Shown here: piece by piece, positions 53,133 to 63,395 of the stretch
Layout: each line of letters opens with the position of its first letter
Numbering within the stretch: the stretch's first letter is position 1
Assembly: GCA_938091905.1 (NCBI GenBank)
Contig: CALKOM010000001.1
Location: 32,001 to 96,000, forward strand
From: an uncultured Verrucomicrobiales bacterium
GTDB taxonomy: Bacteria; Verrucomicrobiota; Verrucomicrobiia; Verrucomicrobiales; DEV007
Length of the DNA: 64,000 nucleotides
Direction: 5' to 3'
Program-made: the position numbers and the translations under genes
The notes under the pieces: generated by a model
Seen by the model: only the letters and a program-made list of their open reading frames with translations
Database searches by the model: none
What the model was told of the DNA's origin: nothing

Positions 53133-54605
53133 ATGTTTAGAATCCCAGGCGAACCCGGTAAAGATATGTGTGACGGCCATCTTGGCCCCACAAGACGTGA
53201 CGTACTCCGTATCGGCGGTGCGGGAATGATGGGACTGTCGCTAGGGTCGATGCTCCAGCTGAAAGCTCAAGCTGCTGCTGGTGGCGTTCATACGGGTGGG
53301 CCTGGTTGGGGTAAAGCTAAAAGCGTTATCTTGGTGTATCTGCAAGGTGGCCCCAGTCATCTTGATCTTTGGGATCCCAAGGAGAATGTTCCTAACAATG
53401 TGCGTAGTGAATTCAAGTCGATCCCTACAAAGATCCCTGGGACGCATTTCACCGAACTGTTACCCAAGCTGGCTAAGGTCAATGATAAGATGACCATGAT
53501 ACGGTCCATGAGCTACACGCCGAATGGACTCTTCAATCACACAGCTGCCATTTATCAAATGATGACGGGTTACACGACGGATAAGGTGAGTCCGTCAGGT
53601 CAGTTGGAGCCGCCGAGCCCGAAAGACTTTCCTAACTTTGGTTCTAACGTCGTAAGATTGAAGCCCTCTGATGAGCCGATGCTTCCTTTCGTGATGTTAC
53701 CTCGCCCACTCCAGGAGAGCAATGTAATCGGTAAGGGCGGGACGGCAGGGTTCCTCGGGAAATCCTACGATCCTTATACCATGTATCCTGCTGGGGACGA
53801 CATGGACATGACAAAGATGGCGCGCCTCAAGATTGATGACTTGCAGCTTCGTCCAGATGTCTTCTCGGTGCGCCTGCGTCGTCGTGCGTCTCTTCGTGCG
53901 GCGATAAACAAACAGATGCCCATCATTGATAAGGCGGTGGCGGACTACAATTTGAACGAGTATTATGATCGAGCGTTGAATCTCATCGTTTCTGGTCGTG
54001 CGCGGGAGGCATTCAATCTTGATGCCGAATCCGAGTCGCTCCGCGAACGTTATGGGCGGAACACTTTCGGGGACAGTTGCCTCATGGCGCGTCGATTGGT
54101 CGAGGCGGGAACGCGCGTGGTCGAAGTCATTTGGCCGAAGGTCGCGAACTCCGACAACCATTCCTGGGACGTCCATGTGGGATTGTCTAAGCGCATGAAA
54201 GATCAATCCGCGCCGATGTTAGATGCTGGCTTTTCGACATTGATTGATGACCTCGATGAGCGCGGACTTCTGGACGAGACCTTGGTTGTTGGTGTCGGTG
54301 AGTTTGGTCGTAGCCCTGAGAAAGGCGTTTCTACCAGTGGAAATAACAACAGTGCAGATGGCCGTGATCACTGGCCTTACTGTTACACCGCCTGCATTGC
54401 AGGGGCCGGGATCAAGCGGGGCTACGTTCACGGGAAGTCCGACAAGACGGGCTCGGCACCACTAGAAGATCCTGTTCATCCTGGAGAACTTTTGGCAACG
54501 CTGTATCATGCATTCGGGATCGATCCCGAGAGCATGGTGATGAATCACCTCAATCAGCCACGTGAGCTGGTCAAAGCGAAAGCAGTGACCAGTCTGTTCG
54601 CATAG
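53133..54605 (+). CDS. DUF1501 protein (Tat-exported), no adjacent DUF1553 partner
   Basis: [37 protein letters not shown]. Confidence 0.92.
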   Translation: MFRIPGEPGKDMCDGHLGPTRRDVLRIGGAGMMGLSLGSMLQLKAQAAAGGVHTGGPGWGKAKSVILVYLQGGPSHLDLWDPKENVPNNVRSEFKSIPTKIPGTHFTELLPKLAKVNDKMTMIRSMSYTPNGLFNHTAAIYQMMTGYTTDKVSPSGQLEPPSPKDFPNFGSNVVRLKPSDEPMLPFVMLPRPLQESNVIGKGGTAGFLGKSYDPYTMYPAGDDMDMTKMARLKIDDLQLRPDVFSVRLRRRASLRAAINKQMPIIDKAVADYNLNEYYDRALNLIVSGRAREAFNLDAESESLRERYGRNTFGDSCLMARRLVEAGTRVVEVIWPKVANSDNHSWDVHVGLSKRMKDQSAPMLDAGFSTLIDDLDERGLLDETLVVGVGEFGRSPEKGVSTSGNNNSADGRDHWPYCYTACIAGAGIKRGYVHGKSDKTGSAPLEDPVHPGELLATLYHAFGIDPESMVMNHLNQPRELVKAKAVTSLFA

Positions 54606-54658
54606 TCACCTTCGACGCTCGCTGGACATCAGCTAGACGGCTCGCCTAAGGTGGCGGC

Positions 54659-56014
54659 ATGAGCACTAGTGCCTCCGAAGAAGTCGAGAATTTCATGGCC
54701 GGACTAATCCGGCGAAATCCTGGTGAACCAGAGTTTCATCAAGCGGTAAGAGAGGTCGTGGAGACGCTCATGCCGGTGGTGTTAGATAATTCCAAATACC
54801 GCGATGCGCAGATCTTGGAACGTCTCACGGAACCTGACCGGATCATCATCTTTCGTGTTTGCTGGGAAGACGATCAAGGTAACGTCCGAGTCAACCGCGC
54901 TTGGCGGGTGCAGTTCAACAATGCCATTGGCCCATACAAGGGGGGACTGCGGTTTCATCCCAGCGTTAATCAGAGCATTCTGAAGTTTCTCGGGTTCGAG
55001 CAGACATTTAAGAATAGCCTAACAGGCTTGCCAATGGGTGGCGGAAAAGGGGGCTCAAACTTTAATCCACGCGACAAGAGTGACCGGGAAGTCATGCGTT
55101 TCTGTCAAGCGCTGATGATTGAATTGCATCGACACATTGGTGAGGACACCGATGTGCCGGCTGGTGATATTGGCGTGGGGTCTCGCGAGATTTCCAATTT
55201 GTTTGGGCAGTACATCCGTTTGTCCAATCGTTACGTTGGCGTCCTTACTGGAAAAGGCCTTTCGTTCGGGGGAAGCCTGATTCGCACAGAGGCCACTGGG
55301 TATGGGTGCGTCTACTTTTGCGAGAATATGCTGAACCATGTCGAGGATGGTCTCGACGGCAAGACGGTTGCCGTTTCGGGATCGGGAAATGTAGCACTCT
55401 ACGCCGCACAGAAAGCGATGAGTCATGGCGCCAAAGTTTTGACAATGTCAGATTCGTCGGGATTCATTCACGATCCCGATGGCTTGGACGTGGAGAAATG
55501 GCAGTTTATTAAGGACCTGAAAGAAGTGCGACGAGGTCGTATTAAGGAGGCAGCTGAAGAGTTCCCAAGCATCACTTACCATGAAGGTCAGCGTCCTTGG
55601 ACTGTGCCAGTTCAGATCGCGCTGCCCTGTGCGACTCAGAATGAGATTAATGAAGTTGAGGCGAAAGAGTTACTCAGCAATGGTGTCATCGCGGTGAGCG
55701 AGGGTGCCAATATGCCCACCGACCTTGCTGGTCTGGATGCTTTTCGTGAAGCGAAGATTCTCTTTGGTCCTGGCAAAGCAGCGAATGCCGGTGGCGTGGC
55801 CGTTTCTGGTCTAGAGCAAAGTCAGAATGCTCTCCGGCTTTCGTGGTCACGCAACGAGGTGGATTCTCGTCTTCAAGCAATCATGCACGACATTCACAAG
55901 AAGTGTGTTGAGCAGGGGACGAAGGAAGATGGCCATGTTAACTATGTTGATGGTGCCAACATTGCTGGCTTTATGAAAGTGGCAGAAACGATGGTGGCCT
56001 ACGGAATAGTTTAA
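54659..56014 (+). CDS. gdhA: NADP-specific glutamate dehydrogenase
   Basis: GPYKGGLRFHPSV, MGGGKGGS, DVPAGDIGVG, EATGYG, GSGNVA, KAANAGGV. Confidence 0.96.
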   Translation: MSTSASEEVENFMAGLIRRNPGEPEFHQAVREVVETLMPVVLDNSKYRDAQILERLTEPDRIIIFRVCWEDDQGNVRVNRAWRVQFNNAIGPYKGGLRFHPSVNQSILKFLGFEQTFKNSLTGLPMGGGKGGSNFNPRDKSDREVMRFCQALMIELHRHIGEDTDVPAGDIGVGSREISNLFGQYIRLSNRYVGVLTGKGLSFGGSLIRTEATGYGCVYFCENMLNHVEDGLDGKTVAVSGSGNVALYAAQKAMSHGAKVLTMSDSSGFIHDPDGLDVEKWQFIKDLKEVRRGRIKEAAEEFPSITYHEGQRPWTVPVQIALPCATQNEINEVEAKELLSNGVIAVSEGANMPTDLAGLDAFREAKILFGPGKAANAGGVAVSGLEQSQNALRLSWSRNEVDSRLQAIMHDIHKKCVEQGTKEDGHVNYVDGANIAGFMKVAETMVAYGIV

Positions 56015-56021
56015 TCTCGTG

Positions 56022-59000
56022 CTAACGCAGAAACGGTTTGCCTTGCTGATAGAGCGATAGGCGGCCTTTCAGCTCCTTTATCAACCTGTCATTACGCTGT
56101 TTCCGTGCCATGGCGAGCGCACGCTGCGTGAGCTGACTGGCCTTCTCAAACTGCTGGTTACTGGCCAGAGCAGTGGCAGCCGTATCGATGGCATGGGGAT
56201 TGTTTGAGAATCGTTGGAGGATCTTCTGAGCCAAGGACAGAGCACGTCTGGGATTGCGGAAAGCCGGGTTGCGACTGGTCGAGAGTACCCAGCAAAGCTG
56301 ATTGAGTGTTTGGAAATCATCGGGCTTCACTTTGAGTGCGAATTCGTAGATCGCGGCTGCTTGATCATCTTGTCCAAGACTCTGGTAGGTGTTCCCCAAC
56401 TGTACTAAGACATCGTGTTGTTTTGGAGCCCGCTTGAGGAAAGTCTGGAGAATGGTTGCTGCTTCCTTTCCGCGTCGGAGTGCGGTAAGCGTGCGGGCAT
56501 GGGCGAGCGTCGCTTTGGAGTGTTGGGGATTCAGCTTCGTTGCCCGTTGGTAGAATGGAAGAGCGATCTTGGGCAAGGCATTCTCCAAGCGATAGGTTTC
56601 TCCTAACATATACTGAATATCGGCCTCTTGATAACGCCGTTTCGCAGCTTCCCCCTCGTCAACCTTGGCGAGCGCCTCTTCGAGATAGCGTCGAGCATGT
56701 TCGTTGTAGCCGCCCTCGAGGTAAACTCGAGAAATGGCCACCGGATGGGTGATAAAGTGATCATTTGACCAGCGACCTGGGAATGGAATGGCATGGTCAG
56801 GATGTTTGGAGACGGGTTGTTGTAGGCGCTGGGTCTGTGCTAGGATCGAGTCTGCCGAGACGGCTCCTTTGGTGAAGCTTACAAGACTTCCACGATGCCA
56901 AAGGAAGCTACTAGGCAGAGGGAGGGCTTCCTGTTTGTAGAGAGTGTTGCGCTGGGCTTGATCGAGAGCCTCGACCATTTCTTGACTGGCACGGCCGGAA
57001 GCGAAGGGCCAATTGAGCTTCCTTAGACGTTGCTCCAGTGCCTTGGGACTTGGGGCTTCCGTACCTTCGATTTTTGACTGAGCCTCTTCGATGTTCAGGG
57101 CGACGACTTGAATACCCGCGTTCTGAATGGCCTTATGTTGCGTTGATAGGAGTTCCATTTCCTTAAGGCAAGGCTGGCACCAGGATGCCCACAGAAGGGT
57201 GAGGGTGAGTGGTTGGGTGTCAATGGTGGCGGTGCTACCTGACCAGGTGCGGTAGCGAAGCGTCGGTGCAGAACGGGGCTCCGATAGATAGGTCTCCATC
57301 GTTGGAGGTGGACTCGGTAGCGTCAACGGTGTTGCTTTCAATGCAATGGCAGCTTGTTTCGCGGCGGTCGCTTTGCCTGTCCCCTGACGAAGGTGCCATC
57401 GGCCGGAGGGTTTCGCTTCGAAAGTCTCGCCTGCCGTCTGACCTGGCCATGTCACCTGAATCTTTGTTGTTGTGGCTTTGCTACCGAGCCCGAAGTGAAG
57501 CCACTTGCTGGACTGGCTTAGGAAGCCATCGCCTGCGGTGACCTGGCGCGTGAGCTTGGTCCTATCCGAAAGAGTTATGGTGGCGATGGCACCGATAGCA
57601 TCGCGTGGCGTCCCTTTGCTGGGATCACCTTCGAGGCGAAGGGCAAGTGTTTTAGCTTTTGTTAGGTAGTCGTTTCGGAGCAGACGCACTCGAGGTCCGG
57701 TGCGATTGCTCACCCAGAGATCCAGATCGCCATCTCGATCCCAGTCGGTGATGGCAAGGGCGCGGCCGTCGTCTGGCAAACCAAAGCCAGACATCAGGGA
57801 GACGTCGGCGAAGCGCTTCCCACGAGTATTGAGAAAGACACTATTTGGTTCGCGACCTGAGAAGGAATTGCCGTTTCGGATGCGCGTGGCGAGATCTTGC
57901 CAGGCATCGAGGTAGCCTTGGCCCGGAGTGGTAGTTTCTTTGCTAGGACTTTGCGACACGACCTGCCGCCAGTAGAAGCCTCACAAATCACCGGTGTCTT
58001 CCTGAGTGATGAAGCCATTGGCCACAATCAAATCTTGCCAACCGTCATTGTTGAAGTCGGCAAAGGCAGATCCCCAGGCCCAGCGTCCTTGGGTGACAGC
58101 AGCGGACACGCTGACATCCTCGAAGCCCTTGCCAGGTCCGAGATTGTGGAAGAGGGAGTTTCCTCTGGCGTGCCGGACAAATAGATCGCGGGTGGTGGTG
58201 TCTTCGTTTGCGAGGAAACGGGCCTGCTTGGCGATTCGATTACCTGCGGAGGAGAACATGTTGCTAACATAGATGTCAAAAAATCCATCGTTGTCGTAAT
58301 CACCCCAGGCGGCGGACATTCCGGCAGCGATGTCGAGCGTACCGCTACTCTCGGCCACGTCAGTGAATCGAATTTGGTCTCGGACCTTGTCTTGGCGGTA
58401 GAGATTGTTGCGACCGAAATCATTGGCGACATAGAGATCGAGATCGCCGTCCCGATCATAGTCTGCCCACGCTGCTGCATAGCTGTAACGCGTGTTGTTC
58501 GCATCGAGCCCCACTCGTTGGGTCACGTGGCGAAAGCGGAACTCGCCGTCATTTCGCAACAGCGAATTACGGCCGCCATTGGTGGCATCTTGATACGGCA
58601 CGGGACGAGCTAGGGCCACGTTTCTATCCACGTGCCCACGACGATCGTAGCAGGCTGCAAAGATGTCTAGATCGCCGTCCTGATCGTAGTCTGCGGCAGC
58701 GAGTGAGTAGGGGACCGCAAAGGGGAGTACCTCGGCAGAGCGCACGGTGAATCGTCCCGAGCCATCGTTCTCTTGGATAACGAGGCCTTCGGCTACGGAA
58801 ACGACAAGGTCCTGATCGCCGTCGTTGTCGAGATCAATGAAGAGGGCACCTCGGCTAGTTTCTAACCAATCTACTCCGGCCGCAGTAGCGACATCGCCTG
58901 CCGTGCCATCGGCGCGTGCAAGGAACAAACGGTTGGGCAAGCCGCCACTCTGACACACGTAGAGATCCTCCATACCATCACCATTGGCATCGCCAACGGC

Positions 59001-59768
59001 CAAGCCGTTCCATCCCCCCACTTTGAGGCCGACGCGCGTATCGAGTCGAGCCAGCCAATGATCCAGACCGTGAGCGAGTTGGTTTTGAAATGCAGGATCG
59101 CGACCGACCACTGTGGCTGTCGCTTCTGTGAAGAGAGCGCCTCGCGTTGATGTGGTGATGACCTCTTCGTAGTCATCGACAATGAAACGTTCCAAGGCGA
59201 GTGACGTTCCCGTCCGTTTCCAGCTGCATGACCAAGTGCTATTGACTTGTAAGTCCTTGCCATCGGAGGTTTCACCATCTAACCGAATTTCTAAGCGGGT
59301 TTCCACCCGTGTTGCGGAAGTTTCCACGCCGACCGTCTTAAACTTTACATTGAGTGGGCCTGTACTTAGTCCCTTGGTTAGACTCAGAACTGCTTGGGTC
59401 CAGCCACTGGGCCCATGAAGCTTGTCCGATGCGTCGCGACCGGCGCGGTGGACTTGCAGGACATCGTCGATGTATGCCTGGTCGCGCTTCGTCGGACGTA
59501 GCGGGGCGCCGCGAAAGTTGTGAGCAGCAATTCCTTCTAATCCGGCTGCTTGAGTGCCAGAGGCGAGCGTTTCTTTGAGGGCTTCAAGGCGCGAGCTGGT
59601 GACTTCGGCAGCTTGTTCGCTATCCCAGCCGCCATGACTAGGATCGTACCTTGGGGTGGCAATACCAGTACCCGGCACTGCAGGGGGGCTTGTTTGTGCA
59701 ACGGCGCTAGGTCCTCCTAGGAGGATCGCGATGAAAGACAGGAGGGGAACGCGCCACATGGTGAACAT
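56022..59768 (-). CDS. Secreted FG-GAP/CRTAC1-like beta-propeller - ASPIC/UnbV - TlpA-like thioredoxin - TPR protein with in-frame TGA at codon 596 (candidate selenoprotein; otherwise two ORFs, 57981-59768 and 56022-57959)
   Basis: Both ORFs share one frame (...EDTGDL*GFYWRQVVSQSP...); DxDxDGDxD repeats on both sides of the TGA; GFLSQSS..LHFGLG; WCQPC; TPR helices; SECIS-like hairpin after the TGA. Confidence 0.75.
57945..57983 (-). promoter_or_regulatory. Putative bacterial SECIS element
   Basis: mRNA reads UGA-GGCUUCUACUG-[GCGGCA GGUCG UGUCGC]-AAAGUCCU: 11-nt spacer, 17-nt stem-loop with a G-initiated loop, and a possible lower stem. Confidence 0.65.
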
Positions 59769-59810
59769 CCTAGAAACAAGGATGTCTCTAAATCAAGCGG
59801 AGAGCTGCCG

Positions 59811-60203
59811 TTACCGGCCCTCGTCCTGAGCTTTCTCAATGGCGCTCATCAATTCCTCATACTCGTCCCGATCCAGCTTCATCTTCTTGTCTGCCAAATG
59901 GGCAGCCAAGGCGCGTGAGAAAGACCCATCGAAGAACGTCTTCACGACATGATTGAGCATCTTGGCACCAGTCTTGGCACGAGCAGGCCGAGGCATGTAG
60001 AGGTAGTTCCTGCCCTCTTTGCGACGCTTCACAAGCCCTTTATCCTCTTCAAGGATTTGCAGCATTCGCCGGATTGCCATGGGCGTTGGAGCCTTCGGCA
60101 GTTTTGATTGAATTTCGAGCACAGAGGCCTCACCTACTTCATAGAGGATATCGAGGATCTGACGTTGTCGCCGAGAGAGATGCTTCTGGAAGTCAGTATT
60201 CAT
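59811..60203 (-). CDS. BlaI/MecI/CopY family transcriptional repressor
   Basis: LSRRQRQILDILY, winged HTH, VVKTFFDGS motif; start taken at ATG 60203. Confidence 0.9.
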   Translation of the reverse strand: MNTDFQKHLSRRQRQILDILYEVGEASVLEIQSKLPKAPTPMAIRRMLQILEEDKGLVKRRKEGRNYLYMPRPARAKTGAKMLNHVVKTFFDGSFSRALAAHLADKKMKLDRDEYEELMSAIEKAQDEGR

Positions 60204-60229
60204 GGCAGCCGAGGAGTTTGAAGGATCCA

Positions 60230-60245
60230 CGCTATGAAAGTAGCG
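60230..60245. promoter_or_regulatory. Candidate BlaI-type operator palindrome
   Basis: CGCTA-TGAAAG-TAGCG, 26 nt upstream of the repressor ATG; matching half-site CGCTACTTT at 60283-60291. Confidence 0.45.
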
Positions 60246-60396
60246 AGACTTATTCGATGGTTCAATGAAAAACCGAGGATGGCGCTACTTTTCTCTTTCC
60301 GCCCTGGAGATGAGAAGATGGCTAAATTCACACAAAGAGCTTGGAGCGGTCACGAGCCACGCTAGAGTCCGTATCTAGGGGCTAGAAGCCACATTC

Positions 60397-61482
60397 ATGA
60401 ATCTTGACGAAACATTTCCGGAAGAACTTTCCCAACAGCAAGTCATGGCCATGGTGGCGGCTGCTGAAGCGCGAAAGTCGAAGATGGTCGCGCTCATGAT
60501 CGCGATTGGTGCCCATGTGGTGTTGATCGGTGGGCTTCTCTTCGTTGTCTTTGGCGAAGTCCTGGAACGTCAGCCTAATCTCATTATTTCAGCGCCCTAC
60601 ACGCCGTTGGAACAGTTGAAACCGGCCAAAAAAGATTTGGTTCAGGTGAAGGCGCAGAAGCCTGCAGCGCCCTCCGCATCCATGAGCAAGGTGATCGTTG
60701 CTCAAAATGTGGTGAGCGCCATTCCAATGCCTATTGTGGAGGAGTTCGACGAGGATACCGTCAACTTCGGGACCGGGTTTGGTGAGGGCATGGGTTCAGG
60801 GATGGGTGGATTTGGTGGTCAAGGTCGAGGCGGTTCCTTCTTTGGGACGCCCGCTGCGGGAAACTCTATCATTCTTGTCATTGATGTTTCTACGAGCATG
60901 GATCGAGAGTGCGGAGAAAGTGGTATCGCGGCGATTCGTGCAGAGATCGAACGGACGATCAACGCGCTGACGCCGTCTTCTCGGTTCAACATTATCTGCT
61001 TTGGTAATCTTGCTGATGGTTTCAAAAAAGGGCCAGTGGGTGCCTCTAGCAAGAACAAGAAAGCGGCCATTACTTTCATGAAAGATTACTATACCCGAGA
61101 AGGGTTCACTCGCTCGCGGACCGGCAACAACTACTCGGATAAAGAAATGCCTTATGTGCCTATCCGGCCTGATGATTTCAAAGCAATGAAAGGCACTTCG
61201 GGTGGCTCCCGATATGACTTGGCGCTGGTTGCGGCCTTTGAGCAGGCGCCGGAGACGATTTTTCTCCTTACTGACGGCCAGCCAAGTACCCGGTTGGATG
61301 GACAGACGCTCTCTGACCGCGATATTCTGAACATCGTTAAAAAAGCGGGCCGTCGCACCGGCGGCAGCAAACGAACTGTGGTCAATGGTATTAGTGTAAA
61401 CGGTATTGCGAAAGGTTTCCTGAGGGACATCGCAAAAGCTTTCCGTGGCACTGTCAAAGTAATTGAGCCAAAGAAGCTCTAG
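60397..61482 (+). CDS. Membrane-anchored von Willebrand factor A domain protein
   Basis: TM anchor, Gly-rich linker, MIDAS-like DVSTSM, FLLTDGQP. Confidence 0.85.
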   Translation: MNLDETFPEELSQQQVMAMVAAAEARKSKMVALMIAIGAHVVLIGGLLFVVFGEVLERQPNLIISAPYTPLEQLKPAKKDLVQVKAQKPAAPSASMSKVIVAQNVVSAIPMPIVEEFDEDTVNFGTGFGEGMGSGMGGFGGQGRGGSFFGTPAAGNSIILVIDVSTSMDRECGESGIAAIRAEIERTINALTPSSRFNIICFGNLADGFKKGPVGASSKNKKAAITFMKDYYTREGFTRSRTGNNYSDKEMPYVPIRPDDFKAMKGTSGGSRYDLALVAAFEQAPETIFLLTDGQPSTRLDGQTLSDRDILNIVKKAGRRTGGSKRTVVNGISVNGIAKGFLRDIAKAFRGTVKVIEPKKL

Positions 61483-61516
61483 AACACCTTAAAATAACAC
61501 TTACCCTGAATTAATC

Positions 61517-62275
61517 ATGAAGCTAGCATCACTTGTTACCACGTTAGGCGTCGTTGGCGCCCTCGCCCTTCCTCTCAGCGCTCAAGATGGGAAGGAAGTT
61601 TCTCACGAAGACGGTAGCTACGCCTTTGGTACTCAATTCGGGGGGCAGTTTAAGGAGGGTGAAGTAAGTATCGATGATTTCGTTGCGGGCTTCCGTGATC
61701 AGCTTTCCGGTAAAAAGACTAGGATCGCTGAGTCGGAGCTTGAGAGTGCATTCCGAGCGTGGCAGAGCGGTCTTCAGAAAAAGCGCAAAGATGCTGCGGC
61801 AAAGGAGGGAGAGGTGAATCTCGCGGCCGCTGAAGCTTTTCTAAAAGAGAATGGAGCAAAAGAAGGCGTGAAGACCACGGCAAGTGGATTGCAATACATT
61901 GTCCTAAAAGAGGGCTCTGGTGTTTCGCCTACGGCGACCGATAAGGTAAAGGCCCATTATCATGGAACGCTGGTGGATGGCACGGTCTTTGATAGCTCAA
62001 AGGAGCGTGGTCAGCCTTTTGAGACTCAGGTGAACCGTGTGGTTAAAGGTTGGATCGAAGGTCTTCAGCTTATGAAGCCGGGTGCTTCCTATCGATTCTT
62101 CATTCACCCAGATCTGGCGTATGGACCTCGTGGGCAGAACAAGATTCCGGCGAACTCGTTACTGATCTTTGATCTCGACCTGATTGAGGTTATCTCGGCA
62201 CCCAAAAAGAAGCCAAAGATTCAAGCGGTGACGCCACCTGTGGCGATTCCGCCGCTAAAGAAGAAGGATAAGTAG
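61517..62275 (+). CDS. FKBP-type peptidyl-prolyl isomerase (FkpA/Mip-like)
   Basis: Signal peptide; SYAFG, TASGLQY, HYHGTLVDGTVFDSS, KGWIEGL, LAYG. Confidence 0.95.
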   Translation: MKLASLVTTLGVVGALALPLSAQDGKEVSHEDGSYAFGTQFGGQFKEGEVSIDDFVAGFRDQLSGKKTRIAESELESAFRAWQSGLQKKRKDAAAKEGEVNLAAAEAFLKENGAKEGVKTTASGLQYIVLKEGSGVSPTATDKVKAHYHGTLVDGTVFDSSKERGQPFETQVNRVVKGWIEGLQLMKPGASYRFFIHPDLAYGPRGQNKIPANSLLIFDLDLIEVISAPKKKPKIQAVTPPVAIPPLKKKDK

Positions 62276-62290
62276 GCCATTGGTTTCACG

Positions 62291-62710
62291 ATGATCGCTG
62301 GGACCGAGCGTTTCACCTTTGGCACGCGTGGGAAGGGCACCTACGAGATCACTCAGGAAGTCCAAGCCTGTGTCGATCGGGCAGGATTAGAGCAAGGGAC
62401 GGCTACTATCTTTGTGCAGCATACGAGCTGCAGTCTTGTACTTTTTGAAAATGCAGATCCCAGCGCTCGCACGGATCTGCATGGCTACTTTGATCGATTG
62501 GTGCCAGAAGATGCGCCCTACTTTGTGCATACTTACGAAGGTCCAGATGACATGCCGAGTCACATTCGCATGGCACTGACACGCTCATCTGAGGTCATTC
62601 CGGTCAGTGATGGTCGTCTTTTGTTAGGCACCTGGCAGGGAATTTTCCTCTTCGAGCACCGGACGGCGCGGCATCAGCGCAAACTTGTGGTGTCGGTCAT
62701 CGGTGTTTAG
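62291..62710 (+). CDS. yjbQ: UPF0047 protein / secondary thiamine-phosphate synthase
   Basis: HTSCSL..ENADP, EGPDDMPSHI, LGTWQGIFLFEHR. Confidence 0.92.
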   Translation: MIAGTERFTFGTRGKGTYEITQEVQACVDRAGLEQGTATIFVQHTSCSLVLFENADPSARTDLHGYFDRLVPEDAPYFVHTYEGPDDMPSHIRMALTRSSEVIPVSDGRLLLGTWQGIFLFEHRTARHQRKLVVSVIGV

Positions 62711-62933
62711 CCTGACGTTTCTGCCTGTTTGCTTTCTTCCTCACGAATTCGTTGTACTAGGCTCTGTGCCCTCTCCACTTCGAGCACGCCAAGCACTGCG
62801 TCTCTTCCCAACACTTGCCGCATTCCGGGCAGGTCTCGTTCAAATCAAACATGTTTCAGAAGCATCCGCAACGATAAGACCAATGGTCGGTCCTATCTGA
62901 TTGTTCATCTCCACTTGGGATAAGAGGAAAGCC

Positions 62934-63395
62934 CTATTTGAAGGCGTAGGCCACAGCCCAGTGGGCTTCCTGTTTGTCCTTGGTCGTGATCTTAAAGGCG
63001 ATGTAATAAGTGCCGGATTTAGGCACAGACACTTGGGCGCCAATCCAATTCGAGCCCTTCTCAACTTTGCCTTCGAAGGACTTGGTTCCTTTCTTGTTGT
63101 AGACCGCGATTGCCATGGTGGAGTCATCAGACTCGGTGCCGACCCAGAACCAGTAAGAGTTTCCCTTAACCAAATGGTGCTTGATAGCGTAGCCTTCGCC
63201 TGAGGCGGAAGAACCTTGCCAGAAGTCTTTGCGAAGAGTGTAGCCGCCTTTCTCTGAGACATGTTTCTCGGCACCCTCAAGGGCGAAACTGAGTGCATCG
63301 ACAACGAATGCTTGCGCCTGACTGAACATAAAAACACATGCTAGGAGGTAGGTGCCGAGCCGGTACAGAGAGGAGTGTGAGCGCGCTGTCGTCAT
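62934..63395 (-). CDS. Hypothetical secreted protein
   Basis: Signal peptide ending AQA; ATGA overlap with upstream gene; small beta-rich domain. Confidence 0.7.
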   Translation of the reverse strand: MTTARSHSSLYRLGTYLLACVFMFSQAQAFVVDALSFALEGAEKHVSEKGGYTLRKDFWQGSSASGEGYAIKHHLVKGNSYWFWVGTESDDSTMAIAVYNKKGTKSFEGKVEKGSNWIGAQVSVPKSGTYYIAFKITTKDKQEAHWAVAYAFK

